From Limisphaerales bacterium (GTDB taxonomy: Bacteria > Verrucomicrobiota > Verrucomicrobiia > Limisphaerales > SIBE01), in the NCBI GenBank assembly GCA_044225505.1, contig JBGAIN010000062.1, positions 1 through 41,648 on the forward strand: a DNA stretch of 41,648 nucleotides, written 5' to 3'. The stretch's first letter is position 1; each line of letters opens with the position of its first letter. Below the pieces are notes generated by a model, which saw only the letters and a list, made by a program, of their open reading frames with translations, had not been told where the DNA came from and made no database searches. The position numbers and the translations under genes were made by a program. This document shows, piece after piece, positions 31,570 through 39,815 of this stretch.

Positions 31570-33240
31570 CTACTTCTTCCAAACGAGCACTTGGCGATCG
31601 GACAACAGTCGTTCTTTCAGTTTCGCGTAGGGGATCTGTTGCACCGCCACTTTGTCATCGATAGCCAAGCACGCAGCCGTGGCCGCCGATTGCCCCAGGA
31701 TCATAAACACAGGCTCCATACGGATGGAGCCATAAGCGATGTGCGTCGCCGAGAGACAAATCGGCACCAGCAAATTGGAGCATTCCCCCGCTTTAGGCAC
31801 AATCGATCGGTAAGAGATGGGATACGGCTTAACCGGGACTTGCACATCTCCTTCATTTTGCACCTTGCCATTCACGACGAGACGTTGGCAGTTGTGCGAA
31901 TCCATATTATACGCGCCCAGCCCCACGGCATCGTCCGCGATAGTAGCTCCGCGGCAGTTGTGCTCGGTCATCACGTAATCCGATACCATGCGCCGTGCCT
32001 CCCGCACATAAAGTTGTCTGGGCCACCCCCCGGTGTCTAAGAACTCGTCTTTACAGGGCCCCCAGCGCTTCATTTCTGCCCGAATATTCTCCGGCACACG
32101 CGGATCAGTCGCCAGGAAGGTGAGCAACCCGCGCGTATAAATCTCGTGGTCNNNNNNNNNNNNNNNNNNNNNNNNNNNNNNNNNNNNNNNNNNNNNNNNN
32201 NNNNNNNNNNNGAAGTCAGTGGAAAATCCGCCGTTGTTGTTAATATCTGTCTTTTCGTTCGGCATCCAGATGGGGTGCCAGAAATCATCGAGCACCGGGC
32301 GGCGTCCAGCGGCGACGAGTGCTTCTAAATAGCGGGCGAGCAACTCGTATCGTTCTGCCCGGTAACCCGGCGGCTGCTCCAGCGGCAATCGATTGGCCTC
32401 ATTGGTTGTGAAGCAGAGTCGAAAATTGTACGTCTGCACTCTCAGGTCACCTTGCCCAGCTGGCTCGAGTCGCGCCGCGCTCACCAGCGGCAGTAATCCG
32501 CTCTTGGGATCTCCCGCTTTGCGGTAGGGATCGACCGCGACGCGAAACTGATGCTGCGGCGTCTCTGGGCGAACTCCATTCAGCGTCTCGCCATATTGTG
32601 CATTCGCTTCCCGTCCGACGGTGAAGGAAACCTTAGCCAAGGCCATCAGGTCTCCCTCATACGTCGCGTCGATAAACATCTGCGCCCGGATCGTGTCTCC
32701 GCTCTCCAGTCTTAACTCGGTGAGTTTGCCCCCCTCCCGCTGCACACTCTGGAGTCGTTGACCGATCCGGAGTTGCACTTTGCTTTCGCGAATGATCTGG
32801 TTGAAGATCTCCTCGGCAACGTGAGGCTCAAACGTCCACATCGTCGCATCTGCCGATGACAAATCGGAAACTTGCGTTTGGCTGGAGAACCGCTTTTTGA
32901 AATACTCCTGGCGGGTTTCCCGAGTCCAAGCCGCGTCCTGCGCGTAGTGTTGCGCGATCCGGTGATAAAACTCGCGCGCAATTCCGCCAATGGCCGCTTT
33001 GTTCCCAATGTCCGTGGCACCTAATCCGCCGGAACTAAGTCCTCCCAGATGCTGGGTTGGTTCCACCAGAACGGCGGACTTCCCCATCCGTGAGGCTTGC
33101 AACGCTGCGGCGACGCCGCCCGCGCTCCCGCCATAAATGCAGAGATCGAACGTTTGCGGCGGAGAGGCCGCTTGAGTCCAGAGGCTGGTGAGCGCCAAGA
33201 GACATCCGAGCCAAACGACGCGCCGGAGTGGGGTATTCAT
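31570..33240 (-). CDS. Secreted FAD-dependent oxidoreductase (FAD_oxidored family); contains a 60-N gap
   Basis: [49 protein letters not shown] and [14 protein letters not shown]. Confidence 0.92.
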   Translation of the reverse strand: MNTPLRRVVWLGCLLALTSLWTQAASPPQTFDLCIYGGSAGGVAAALQASRMGKSAVLVEPTQHLGGLSSGGLGATDIGNKAAIGGIAREFYHRIAQHYAQDAAWTRETRQEYFKKRFSSQTQVSDLSSADATMWTFEPHVAEEIFNQIIRESKVQLRIGQRLQSVQREGGKLTELRLESGDTIRAQMFIDATYEGDLMALAKVSFTVGREANAQYGETLNGVRPETPQHQFRVAVDPYRKAGDPKSGLLPLVSAARLEPAGQGDLRVQTYNFRLCFTTNEANRLPLEQPPGYRAERYELLARYLEALVAAGRRPVLDDFWHPIWMPNEKTDINNNGGFSTDFXXXXXXXXXXXXXXXXXXXXDHEIYTRGLLTFLATDPRVPENIRAEMKRWGPCKDEFLDTGGWPRQLYVREARRMVSDYVMTEHNCRGATIADDAVGLGAYNMDSHNCQRLVVNGKVQNEGDVQVPVKPYPISYRSIVPKAGECSNLLVPICLSATHIAYGSIRMEPVFMILGQSAATAACLAIDDKVAVQQIPYAKLKERLLSDRQVLVWKK

Positions 33241-33411
33241 ACTTCGTCGTATTTAGAAGAATCGCGCCCGCGGCACAAGGTCCAATCCAAGGCCGACAGA
33301 AGCCGGGTCGCCGTCAATGGGTAGTCTTTTCGGTTCGGAGATACAGTCTTGGCTCCTCGCTGTGTCCAGTGGAGTAGGAGCTGTTCCCTCCGTTCTGGGA
33401 CAGGCGTTTGG

Positions 33412-33448
33412 CGTCCCGGCAGGGCCGTATTTCCAGTGCCGGGAACCC
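33412..33448 (+). repeat. Internally deleted copy of the REP-like element at 40253
   Basis: CGTCCCGGCAGGG and TTCCAGTGCCGGGAACCC both occur in 40253-40307. Confidence 0.7.
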
Positions 33449-33475
33449 GGGCCCGAAGATCTTGTCGTCGCTCCG

Positions 33476-35665
33476 TCAGCGCGGCGCCTCAAACGCAGGA
33501 TCTATTTCACGCATCGTTCGGAGCATCGCGTCGTAGGCGCGTCGGTTCTGATGTTGCGGACCGACCAGGAGCACCTGCACCAGGTCCTTCGGCAGATGCG
33601 TCGGTTCGCCTTGTTGGAAACCACGCGCTTGCCAATAGGAGTCCAAGCTCGATTTAAGATCGCGCATCGTAATCGCATATTCGCCGGGCGACAGAGCCGA
33701 TTCCATAGTGGCGAAATAGGGCTCTAATTGCTCGAGGGTATAGAACGGGCGGGGCGAGCGCATGAGGCGCGCGTAGCCATCCGTGACCGCTTCGTAAACA
33801 CGCGCATCCGGGTCACGATGGAGCGAGCCAAGCACGAGCATGACTTGGTTCTTTTCCTCAAGGTGCGTGTCCCAGTAAGCGTCGCCCAGTTTCGACAACT
33901 GCGGAACGATTTTCTCAACCTCAACCGACCGATCGGCGATCGCAGCCAACATTTCGGGCACCGCAACCTCGTTTCGCTCCAGTCGGCTCATAAGCTCGCG
34001 GCGAGCTGTTTCCGCTTCGGGCGTGGTTTCGCTCCGCAGAGCGGGATCATTGGGCGCCAGCAGCTCGAGCATGACCCGCGCGTCGACTCGCGCTTGGACG
34101 GAGGAGTCCTGTCGCATCACCGTGGCGAGAGCCTCACGAATCTCAGGAGTCAACGAGTGTAATCGCGACACTTCCAGAAGCGCTCGCTGTCGTTGATCGA
34201 CATTGTCGGATTGGAGTGCGGTGGTCAGATGCCTGCTAAGTTCCACCGTGGGCACTGGCGGCGCCTCGGGCGCTTCGTTGAGAATCGCCTTGGCAGCGGC
34301 TTGAATCTCTGGATTGGGATTCTGGAGCATCGCTTCCACCGCTTCACGGTTGGCCGCTAACTGGTTCTTGTTCGATCCAATTACCGCGGTCAGCAGGTAT
34401 TGCACGGAATTGCTCAAATCCGGCCGACGTTCCATCAGCGAGAGCAACGTCTGCACCGGGTTGTCCGACACAAGAATGGACGGCAAAAGGCGATTGGCAA
34501 TGAGCCCCGCCTCCTCCTTGAACGCCGGATTCTCCAGCAACCCCAAAAGCTCCGGGCCAAATTCGCGCGGTAGCATTCCGAACCGTCCGATTCCTTCAAT
34601 GGCCATCCAAACTACCTCCGGATCCTGGGCATTGAACGCTTCGCGGAAGATCGCTATCGTCTCGCCTTCCAGTCCGACCAACATGCCGGCGCTTTGCTCG
34701 AGCAAACGCCCCCGTTCCGCGCGACCGAGAGCCGTGTTGAACAAAGCTGACCGCAGATAACCCAGCGCTTCTGTCAGCTTCGGATCGACCGGCGCCCCGG
34801 GCGGCCGGATCCGAGGGCGCCCGCGCAACTGCCGAATCGCATCGCCAGATCCGGCGGTCAGCCGTAAACGATCTGAGGTGCTCGTGGATCCAGGCGTTCG
34901 AGGAGCCCGTGATACCATTGTCCCCACGCCAATCAGAAGTAAGAGCAACATCGCGCCGGCCAACAGCTTCGTCCCCGTTGTCAACGTCGTCACTGACGCC
35001 ACGGCGGGAGGCAGCGCTCGAACGGCTTGGCCAATGGAAACCGCAAGCGTCGCCGGAACGGCTACGACTGTCTCCCGCAGGAGCAATGCCTCTAGGGCCA
35101 CCACCGATGACGCGACCCCTTTTCGTTTCAAGATCGACCGCAGCTTTTCTAGTCCGCGCGCGACTCGCATTCGAGCGGCATCGGCACTCAAACCCAGCGT
35201 CCGGCCCACTGAGGCAAAGTCTTGGCCTTGAAAGTAGCGTAGGACCATCGCGTGCCTATCTTCATCAGCAAGTTCTTGCATGGCATCATCTAAGAAAGGC
35301 TTTGAGTCTGGCCAGGACGGATCGGACGAGGTCGGCGTATTCGTGTTCATGGTGAGGGTCTCTCTGCGTTGACGACGCTCCAAGGCTCGGACTTGTGCAG
35401 TGGCCAGCCGGGTCGCCGTGAGGTATAACCACCCTGCCAAAACCGGGTGTTGCGTTAGCTCTGATGCTTTTCGCGCCAGTTCCAGGAAGACACCCTGCGA
35501 AACATCCTCCGCTGCAGGCGCCGCGTCCCCCAGCCGTCGAGCGGCTGCGGAGTAGACCATAGGTAAGTGGCGCTGAACGAGTTCTGCAAAGGCATCTTCA
35601 TCCCGGGTTGTCGCATAGCCATGTAGCAGCGCCGAATCTGTACGTTCCGATATGCGCATCTTCAT
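33476..35665 (-). CDS. ECF sigma-70 factor with TM helix and long C-terminal HEAT-like extension
   Basis: AFAELVQRHLPMVYSAAARRL, GWLY, DRHAMVLRYFQG...VGRTLGLSADAARMRVARGLEKLR; TM LLAGAMLLLLLIGVG; helical repeats. Confidence 0.9.
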   Translation of the reverse strand: MKMRISERTDSALLHGYATTRDEDAFAELVQRHLPMVYSAAARRLGDAAPAAEDVSQGVFLELARKASELTQHPVLAGWLYLTATRLATAQVRALERRQRRETLTMNTNTPTSSDPSWPDSKPFLDDAMQELADEDRHAMVLRYFQGQDFASVGRTLGLSADAARMRVARGLEKLRSILKRKGVASSVVALEALLLRETVVAVPATLAVSIGQAVRALPPAVASVTTLTTGTKLLAGAMLLLLLIGVGTMVSRAPRTPGSTSTSDRLRLTAGSGDAIRQLRGRPRIRPPGAPVDPKLTEALGYLRSALFNTALGRAERGRLLEQSAGMLVGLEGETIAIFREAFNAQDPEVVWMAIEGIGRFGMLPREFGPELLGLLENPAFKEEAGLIANRLLPSILVSDNPVQTLLSLMERRPDLSNSVQYLLTAVIGSNKNQLAANREAVEAMLQNPNPEIQAAAKAILNEAPEAPPVPTVELSRHLTTALQSDNVDQRQRALLEVSRLHSLTPEIREALATVMRQDSSVQARVDARVMLELLAPNDPALRSETTPEAETARRELMSRLERNEVAVPEMLAAIADRSVEVEKIVPQLSKLGDAYWDTHLEEKNQVMLVLGSLHRDPDARVYEAVTDGYARLMRSPRPFYTLEQLEPYFATMESALSPGEYAITMRDLKSSLDSYWQARGFQQGEPTHLPKDLVQVLLVGPQHQNRRAYDAMLRTMREIDPAFEAPR

Positions 35666-35668
35666 ATA

Positions 35669-35702
35669 CTAGGTATGGCCGCCGCCTGTCTCAACCGAAC
35701 AA
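35669..35702 (-). promoter_or_regulatory. Putative ECF autoregulatory promoter TTGTTCG-N17-CCAT-ACC-TAG
   Basis: Shared with the other two ECF genes; ends 3 nt before the ATG. Confidence 0.5.
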
Positions 35703-35797
35703 CAATTCGACACCGCCCAGCGTTGTTCCGCTTGCCAGCGCGAAGAAACGACCCTTTACCGCCGCCCATCTCTCGCTCAGAACAGTCTCTAACCTCG

Positions 35798-35965
35798 ATG
35801 AGAACAGGATGAAACCAGGATCCCGATCCTGTTCTCATAGGGGTCTCATCCTGTTCTCATAGGGTTCTGAGCGTATCAATCCCGTTGGAACCCCGCTCCA
35901 ATCCCAGTCCTTGCCCACTCGTGAAGGGGATATGAACGGGATTGGACTGGGATTCCACTGGGATC
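35798..35965. repeat. Two inverted 11-bp-period arrays
   Basis: ATGAGAACAGGAT (35798) versus ATCCTGTTCTCAT (35826, 35848); CTCAT at 35834, 35845 and 35856. Then CCC cores about every 11 bp mirrored by GGG cores (AATCCCAGTCC 35900 / GGACTGGGATT 35944). Confidence 0.75.
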
Positions 35966-36100
35966 GCGGCGCGCCGTCCATGGCACCGCCGGCAGGCCTA
36001 TCGGTCGAACGCAATACGTCGCCGCCGAGGTAAGGAGTCGTATAGCTCTATTTCCGATGGGCATTCATTCCGCTTCAACTCGGCGGCTGCGAACCGTCCG

Positions 36101-36118
36101 TGGTGACATTTGTCGCCA
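36101..36118. promoter_or_regulatory. Palindrome TGGTGACA-TT-TGTCGCCA (second copy of 6805)
   Basis: 17/18 identical to 6805-6822. Confidence 0.5.
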
Positions 36119-36172
36119 ACGTCTCATGAATTGGGGCCGGGCCGTTCCCAAAACCCGCGGTGCAGCCGGAGT

Positions 36173-36203
36173 TGTCTCACACTCTGTCAACAAATTGAGG
36201 ACA
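36173..36203 (+). repeat. Dispersed element copy 2: TGTCTCACAC-TC-TGTCAACA-AAT-TGAGGACA
   Basis: Same head and spacing as the other copies; followed by the 11-bp array at 36250. Confidence 0.65.
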
Positions 36204-36249
36204 GCCACCCCAGGCCGACCTCCCTGAGCGGGGCTTTGTTCGTTTCAGG

Positions 36250-36380
36250 CAGCCTGCCGACAGCCTGCAAACCGCTTGCTCACAGCTTCACGACGCTGTG
36301 ACCAAGCTGTCAGCACGCCGTGACCAGCGAGCGGCGAGCGTCCAAAGGCGATTTCAGGCTGCGGTACAAGCGGAGCTACC
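36250..36380. repeat. Degenerate 11-bp-period array (CAGCCTGCCGA CAGCCTGCAAA CCGCTTGCTCA CAGCTTCACGA ...)
   Basis: Read directly from the sequence. Confidence 0.6.
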
Positions 36381-36435
36381 CCGCACGGTGCTGCAAACGA
36401 ATATGAAAATCTCTTAGTCATGGCGCGCCCGCGTC

Positions 36436-36465
36436 TTGGAGTGCGCCAGGCCTCTGGCGCTTTTC
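36436..36465 (+). repeat. REP-like hairpin TTGGAGTGCGCCAGGCCTCTGGCGCTTTT
   Basis: GGAG followed by a GCGCCAG/CTGGCGC stem; resembles GGAG-type REP repeats. A weaker relative lies near 3245. Confidence 0.55.
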
Positions 36466-36531
36466 TATCCAGGCTCGTCGGAAACCCCGCATATCTCTAT
36501 TCCCCAACCGTTTCCGTCTTGGTCTTTCCCT

Positions 36532-36657
36532 CGTAATCATAATCATAATCGTAATCGTAATCGTAATCGTAATCGTAATCGTAATCGTAATCGTAATCGT
36601 AATCGTAATCGTAATCGTAATCGTAATCGTAATCGTAATCGTAATCGTAATCGTAAT
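36532..36657. repeat. Hexanucleotide microsatellite (CRTAAT)21, with 18 consecutive perfect CGTAAT units
   Basis: Counted directly. Confidence 0.97.
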
Positions 36658-36803
36658 CCTCCTCGTAATTTTTCTCCTAGTCCTTCCGCACCTTCGTCCG
36701 CCACCCATTTCTCCCCCCATCGCGAACCATCACGTCCAGCCAAAGCTGACGATCGAGGGTCCGCGGGATCGTCCCAATCGCGCGACGCGACACGCCACCG
36801 AAT

Positions 36804-36834
36804 CAGGAGCAATTTGCTCCTGGTGTGTGCGACA
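36804..36834 (-). repeat. Dispersed element copy 3: TGTCGCACAC-AC-CAGGAGCA-AAT-TGCTCCTG (perfect palindrome)
   Basis: Same head and spacing, different but fully complementary arms. Confidence 0.65.
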
Positions 36835-37244
36835 TATCTCTCGCCAGTCGCTCACTCTCGGGTAGATGGCTGAATGCGTTCCGCACGCAGAGACGCCAAG
36901 CAAAGCCAGGTCAACCGCTCCGGCTTAAGCGCCCTCACGCTCTCGAGGAATCGGCCATCGAAGTGGCGCGACCTTCCCAGGTCGCGATCCTCGGCAAAAA
37001 CGGGTCGAGGCGATCGAAAATTAGCGCAGGGCGGTCTGGTGCAGCGCTTAGTTCTTGCGCGGCAGGGTTTTGAAGTGCGCCCGAGGTGCTGGCGTTATGT
37101 CCCGAGAGCCACGCAAGCCCCCAACGCAACCATTCCTCGGATCGGTCGCGCCGACAGTCGTCCGCAATTTGCGGACGAGACACGTCAGTCGCCACGCCGG
37201 AGCACTGAAGCGGAATTGCGGTCATAAGGGATGCAGCCGTCGGT

Positions 37245-37418
37245 GGGGATGAACAGAAGGTTCGAATGGCGGCGAAACTGCGAGGGCAGACGACGATGAG
37301 CTGGAAGTGGATTGCCCAGAAGTTGCGGATGGGGCATGGGCGGAGCGCGGCCAACGCCGTCCGGCGTCACCTCCTGGGGTGAGGGAGTGATATGCACTTA
37401 TTCATCCCTGACCCCTTT
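37245..37418 (+). mobile_element. 3' remnant of a Y1/HUH (IS200/RAYT-like) transposase with terminal CTGACCCCTT motif
   Basis: GDEQKVRMAAKLRGQTTMSWKWIAQKLRMGHGRSAANAVRRHLLG* (stop 37380-37382) resembles the C-terminal HTH of PVC Y1 transposases; end motif at 37408-37417. Confidence 0.7.
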
Positions 37419-37531
37419 CCCCAGCGCACGAAGACTGCCCCAACGATTGTCAACGTTGACTTCATAGTTCACGCTCAATTTGTCGGTGCTTTTGCACCAG
37501 AAGCACTGCAAGCCAACACTGGCTGTAAAAC

Positions 37532-37657
37532 GGCGAACAGTAAGCCGAACGACTGCCGCTGGTAACGCCAGCCTCGCACCGCCCATGCATGCCAAAGTCT
37601 GCCAAAGTATCCGCAGCGAGACGGGAGGCGGCAGCTCGTTCCGGCGACTGGTTCGGC
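37532..37657 (-). mobile_element. Integron attC site (126 bp)
   Basis: Minus strand: R'' GCCGAAC-CAGTC-L'' GCCGGAAC-GAGCTGCCGC...GCGGCAGTC-L' GTTCGGC-TTACT-R' GTTCGCC; extra bases in the left arm; starts 10 nt after the cassette gene stop. Confidence 0.85.
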
Positions 37658-37667
37658 TCGTTGGTTT

Positions 37668-38075
37668 TCACTTGGACCAAGCCTCCTTAATTAAGAGGAT
37701 GTGCTTCCGGTCTCCGAGATCCCGCCTGTTAAAATAAAAGCGATAATCCGCGTTCGTGCGGATCACCGGCCATCCTGGGCAAGATAGGCTGTGAGAGTGA
37801 CCACGGTAGCTCGTCGTAGTCCCTTCGACCACGACGTAATTCGTAATTAAGTTCTGAAAGTAATAAGCCACGACTTGATCGACGTCGGATTGGTTTTGCT
37901 TCCGCGTAAGCCGGATGTCCGCAGCCCAAAGCGCCCAATCTTGCTCGATACCCACCTGGCGAGTAGAAGTAACGTGTCCGTCAAAATGTCCATCCGCGCG
38001 ATCGCTTAATGGCGCAGTCGCGCAGGCCGCCCACAGCAACAGGGTAGCCGAAACCATGAGAGAGGCGAAACGCAT
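37668..38075 (-). CDS. Gene-cassette ORF, putative lipoprotein (135 aa)
   Basis: ATG 4 nt after GTTCGGC; MRFASLMVSATLLLWAAC has a lipobox-like end; followed by an attC whose R'' is the exact complement of the upstream core. Confidence 0.75.
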   Translation of the reverse strand: MRFASLMVSATLLLWAACATAPLSDRADGHFDGHVTSTRQVGIEQDWALWAADIRLTRKQNQSDVDQVVAYYFQNLITNYVVVEGTTTSYRGHSHSLSCPGWPVIRTNADYRFYFNRRDLGDRKHILLIKEAWSK

Positions 38076-38079
38076 GCAG

Positions 38080-38140
38080 GCCGAACCATCATTATACAAA
38101 CGATACCAACCCGAACGGTTAGTATATTGACTAGTCCGAC
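38080..38140 (-). mobile_element. attI-like recombination site
   Basis: Minus strand CGGACTAGTCAATATACTAACCGTTCGGGTTGGTATCGTTTGTATAATGATG-GTTCGGC: a core GTT site with no attC hairpin upstream, AT-rich, and a second GTTCGG 30 bp upstream. Confidence 0.5.
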
Positions 38141-38686
38141 TTGATCTGCAAGCGGTTTCCAATTAGCCAATTACATCAGTTCTCGCGTTAAGGCAGGTCC
38201 CTGCCTTGACCGACCGTTGCCCTAGGTCATTCGGCTTGGTTCACCGGCGTGGCACAATCAGCCATGCCGCTCTCCACCGCAATTGCTTCCGTCTGAAGCT
38301 TTTGTGCACATGGCGGCACGTCCTGCTGTCCCGGTAGTCAAACCAGTCACGCAAATCCTGGTGGGCATCGGAATCGAAGCGATGAGCTGTCTTTTCCAAT
38401 ACAGGTCTTCTCTCTCCTTGTTGGGGTCACTGCATTTGAACGGCTCCTGGATTCGGTTGCGCCATCCCCACATGTTCCTTGCTGTTAAGCGGGAACCCAA
38501 AGTGAGGCCAGGCAGCTGTGATCGTCGGCTGTGGCTGGATGTAATGGCTCAATAGCTCGCAATGCGGCGGGGAATGCACAACGGGCTAAGGTGCGGGAGG
38601 ATTACGATTAAGACTGCAATCCGCACTGATCCAGTTACCGATTTGCGGGGTTACCGATCTCGTTGTGGCGGTGTAGCTTGGGAGTG

Positions 38687-38716
38687 CGTCCACAAATGTG
38701 AACGGCGTGTGAGACA
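38687..38716 (-). repeat. Dispersed element copy 4: TGTCTCACAC-GC-CGTTCACA-TT-TGTGGACG
   Basis: Exact 10-bp head; arms 7/8 complementary. Confidence 0.65.
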
Positions 38717-38832
38717 ATTCGACGTGGCACTCCGCGCCAACGCGGCAAAGGGGGCAGGTCCGTATTTTAGGAGATTAAGCGCTGCTCGTGATCGACCGAA
38801 CGCAGTTGGCTGCCTGAGCGCTCGCGCACGTG

Positions 38833-38927
38833 GGCAAACTTCGGGCCGCTCACCGACCCGGCGGCAGAGGTGGTCGATTTGAAACCGCGACATGATCGCC
38901 CGGGTTCGGTGCCGCTGGCTGCGGCGG
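38833..38927 (-). mobile_element. Degenerate attC site
   Basis: CACCGACCCGGCG...TCGATTTGAAACC...ATCGCCCGGGTTCGGTGC aligns with the attC at 41445-41537; the R'' AAC is lost; directly follows the toxin remnant stop. Confidence 0.6.
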
Positions 38928-38929
38928 TG

Positions 38930-39077
38930 TCATTTGAGTCGTTCTTTCCAGTAATCCGGCCGCTGTACTACGCGACCTGCGCGCCGAATTCCTCGTCCGC
39001 ATGGGGGTGAAGCTCGACTTTCAAGACCTGAAACGCGCTTCCATACGCCTTTTCACCTCTTCCAGCGGCACACCGTT
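38930..39077 (-). pseudogene. Decayed type II TA cassette: addiction-module antitoxin C-terminus plus internally deleted ParE/RelE toxin
   Basis: NGVPLEEVKRRMEARFRS* (39021-39077) overlaps a TTG start by 4 bp (TTGA). The toxin reads LKVELHPHADEEFGAQVA*Y and then, in another frame, QRPDYWKERLK*; both ends are typical of ParE-family toxins. Confidence 0.72.
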
Positions 39078-39083
39078 CCGTAA

Positions 39084-39389
39084 AAGGGGTCAGTCTCGCA
39101 GATACGCATGTGCGATGTTCCGCCAAAGTGCCTCACGATTGCTTGAGCCAATTCCGGACACAGTCGTCAGCGTAGCCAACTGCGCCCATCATCAAGGAAG
39201 CGGCGATTCATGGCCAGGGCCTGTAATCACAAGCCATTCTCAAGTATCTGTTGCCGCTCCCGTCCATCAGCAACGCTTTATCTCGTCCGCTGAGGATACT
39301 GCCCTCCAGTTTCCACGCCATTCCAAGAACCTGCCGCTGTCTCGCCTCAAGCGTCAGCATCTATATTGCATTCTGCGGGACTGACCCTT
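39084..39389 (-). mobile_element. Miniature non-autonomous Y1-transposase derivative with about 19-bp inverted ends
   Basis: AAGGGGTCAGTCTCGCAGA (39084) / TCTGCGGGACTGACCCTT (39372). Internal minus frame 39133..39321 reads MAWKLEGSILSGRDKALLMDGSGNRYLRMACDY...*IAASLMMG, interpreted as fused N-terminal, catalytic-region and C-terminal fragments. Confidence 0.75.
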
Positions 39390-39432
39390 CGATTTATGCT
39401 TGGCGATTTGCCGGCTGCGTGCTTCCTTCGGG

Positions 39433-39561
39433 GTCGGAATCGGTATCGGTATCGTTCCTGGATGGACCCAGCCCACGTCAGCGATGGCAGCGCGGTACAC
39501 GTCCAACCGCACATAACCAAATCCCAGGCCGCATCCTTTCGATCCCGATACCGATTCCGAC
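39433..39561. repeat. 22-bp inverted repeat built of ATCGGN hexamers
   Basis: GTCGGAATCGGTATCGGTATCG (39433) versus CGATCCCGATACCGATTCCGAC (39540), 21/22 complementary. Confidence 0.85.
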
Positions 39562-39576
39562 GCCGACACCGCTTTT

Positions 39577-39635
39577 TACCAACGATAAGGTCACCGACGC
39601 GGCGGCGCCGCGGTCGGAGGACCGCCTGGTTCCGC
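39577..39635 (-). mobile_element. Minimal integron attC site (59 bp)
   Basis: Minus strand: GCGGAAC-CAGGC-GGTCCTCC-GACCGCGGC-GCC-GCCGCGTC-GGTGACC-TTATC-GTTGGTA; two extrahelical bases and a 3-nt loop. Confidence 0.75.
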
Positions 39636-39815
39636 CACCGTCGTGTGTCTTTGGCCCACAAGATACGATCTGACCGTCACCCAAACCAACAGCATATTCT
39701 GAATCGCTACCAACCCAAATAGCGGCCACCACGTCCCCTGAACACCCAGGATGCTCGAGCGAATGCGTTCGCGCAGTGGCTGGTCGGTAATTCCCGCCTG
39801 ACCTAGATCAGAGCT

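Noticed and set aside
32152..32211. Disruption of the FAD oxidoreductase
   Set aside because: An assembly gap of 60 N that preserves the frame.
36418..36873. Poly-IT, poly-RN and poly-RL ORFs
   Set aside because: Artefacts of the hexamer microsatellite.
38160..38830. Integron integrase next to the attI-like site
   Set aside because: No tyrosine recombinase motifs (HxLRH, catalytic Y, RSPLD tail) in the frames I read.
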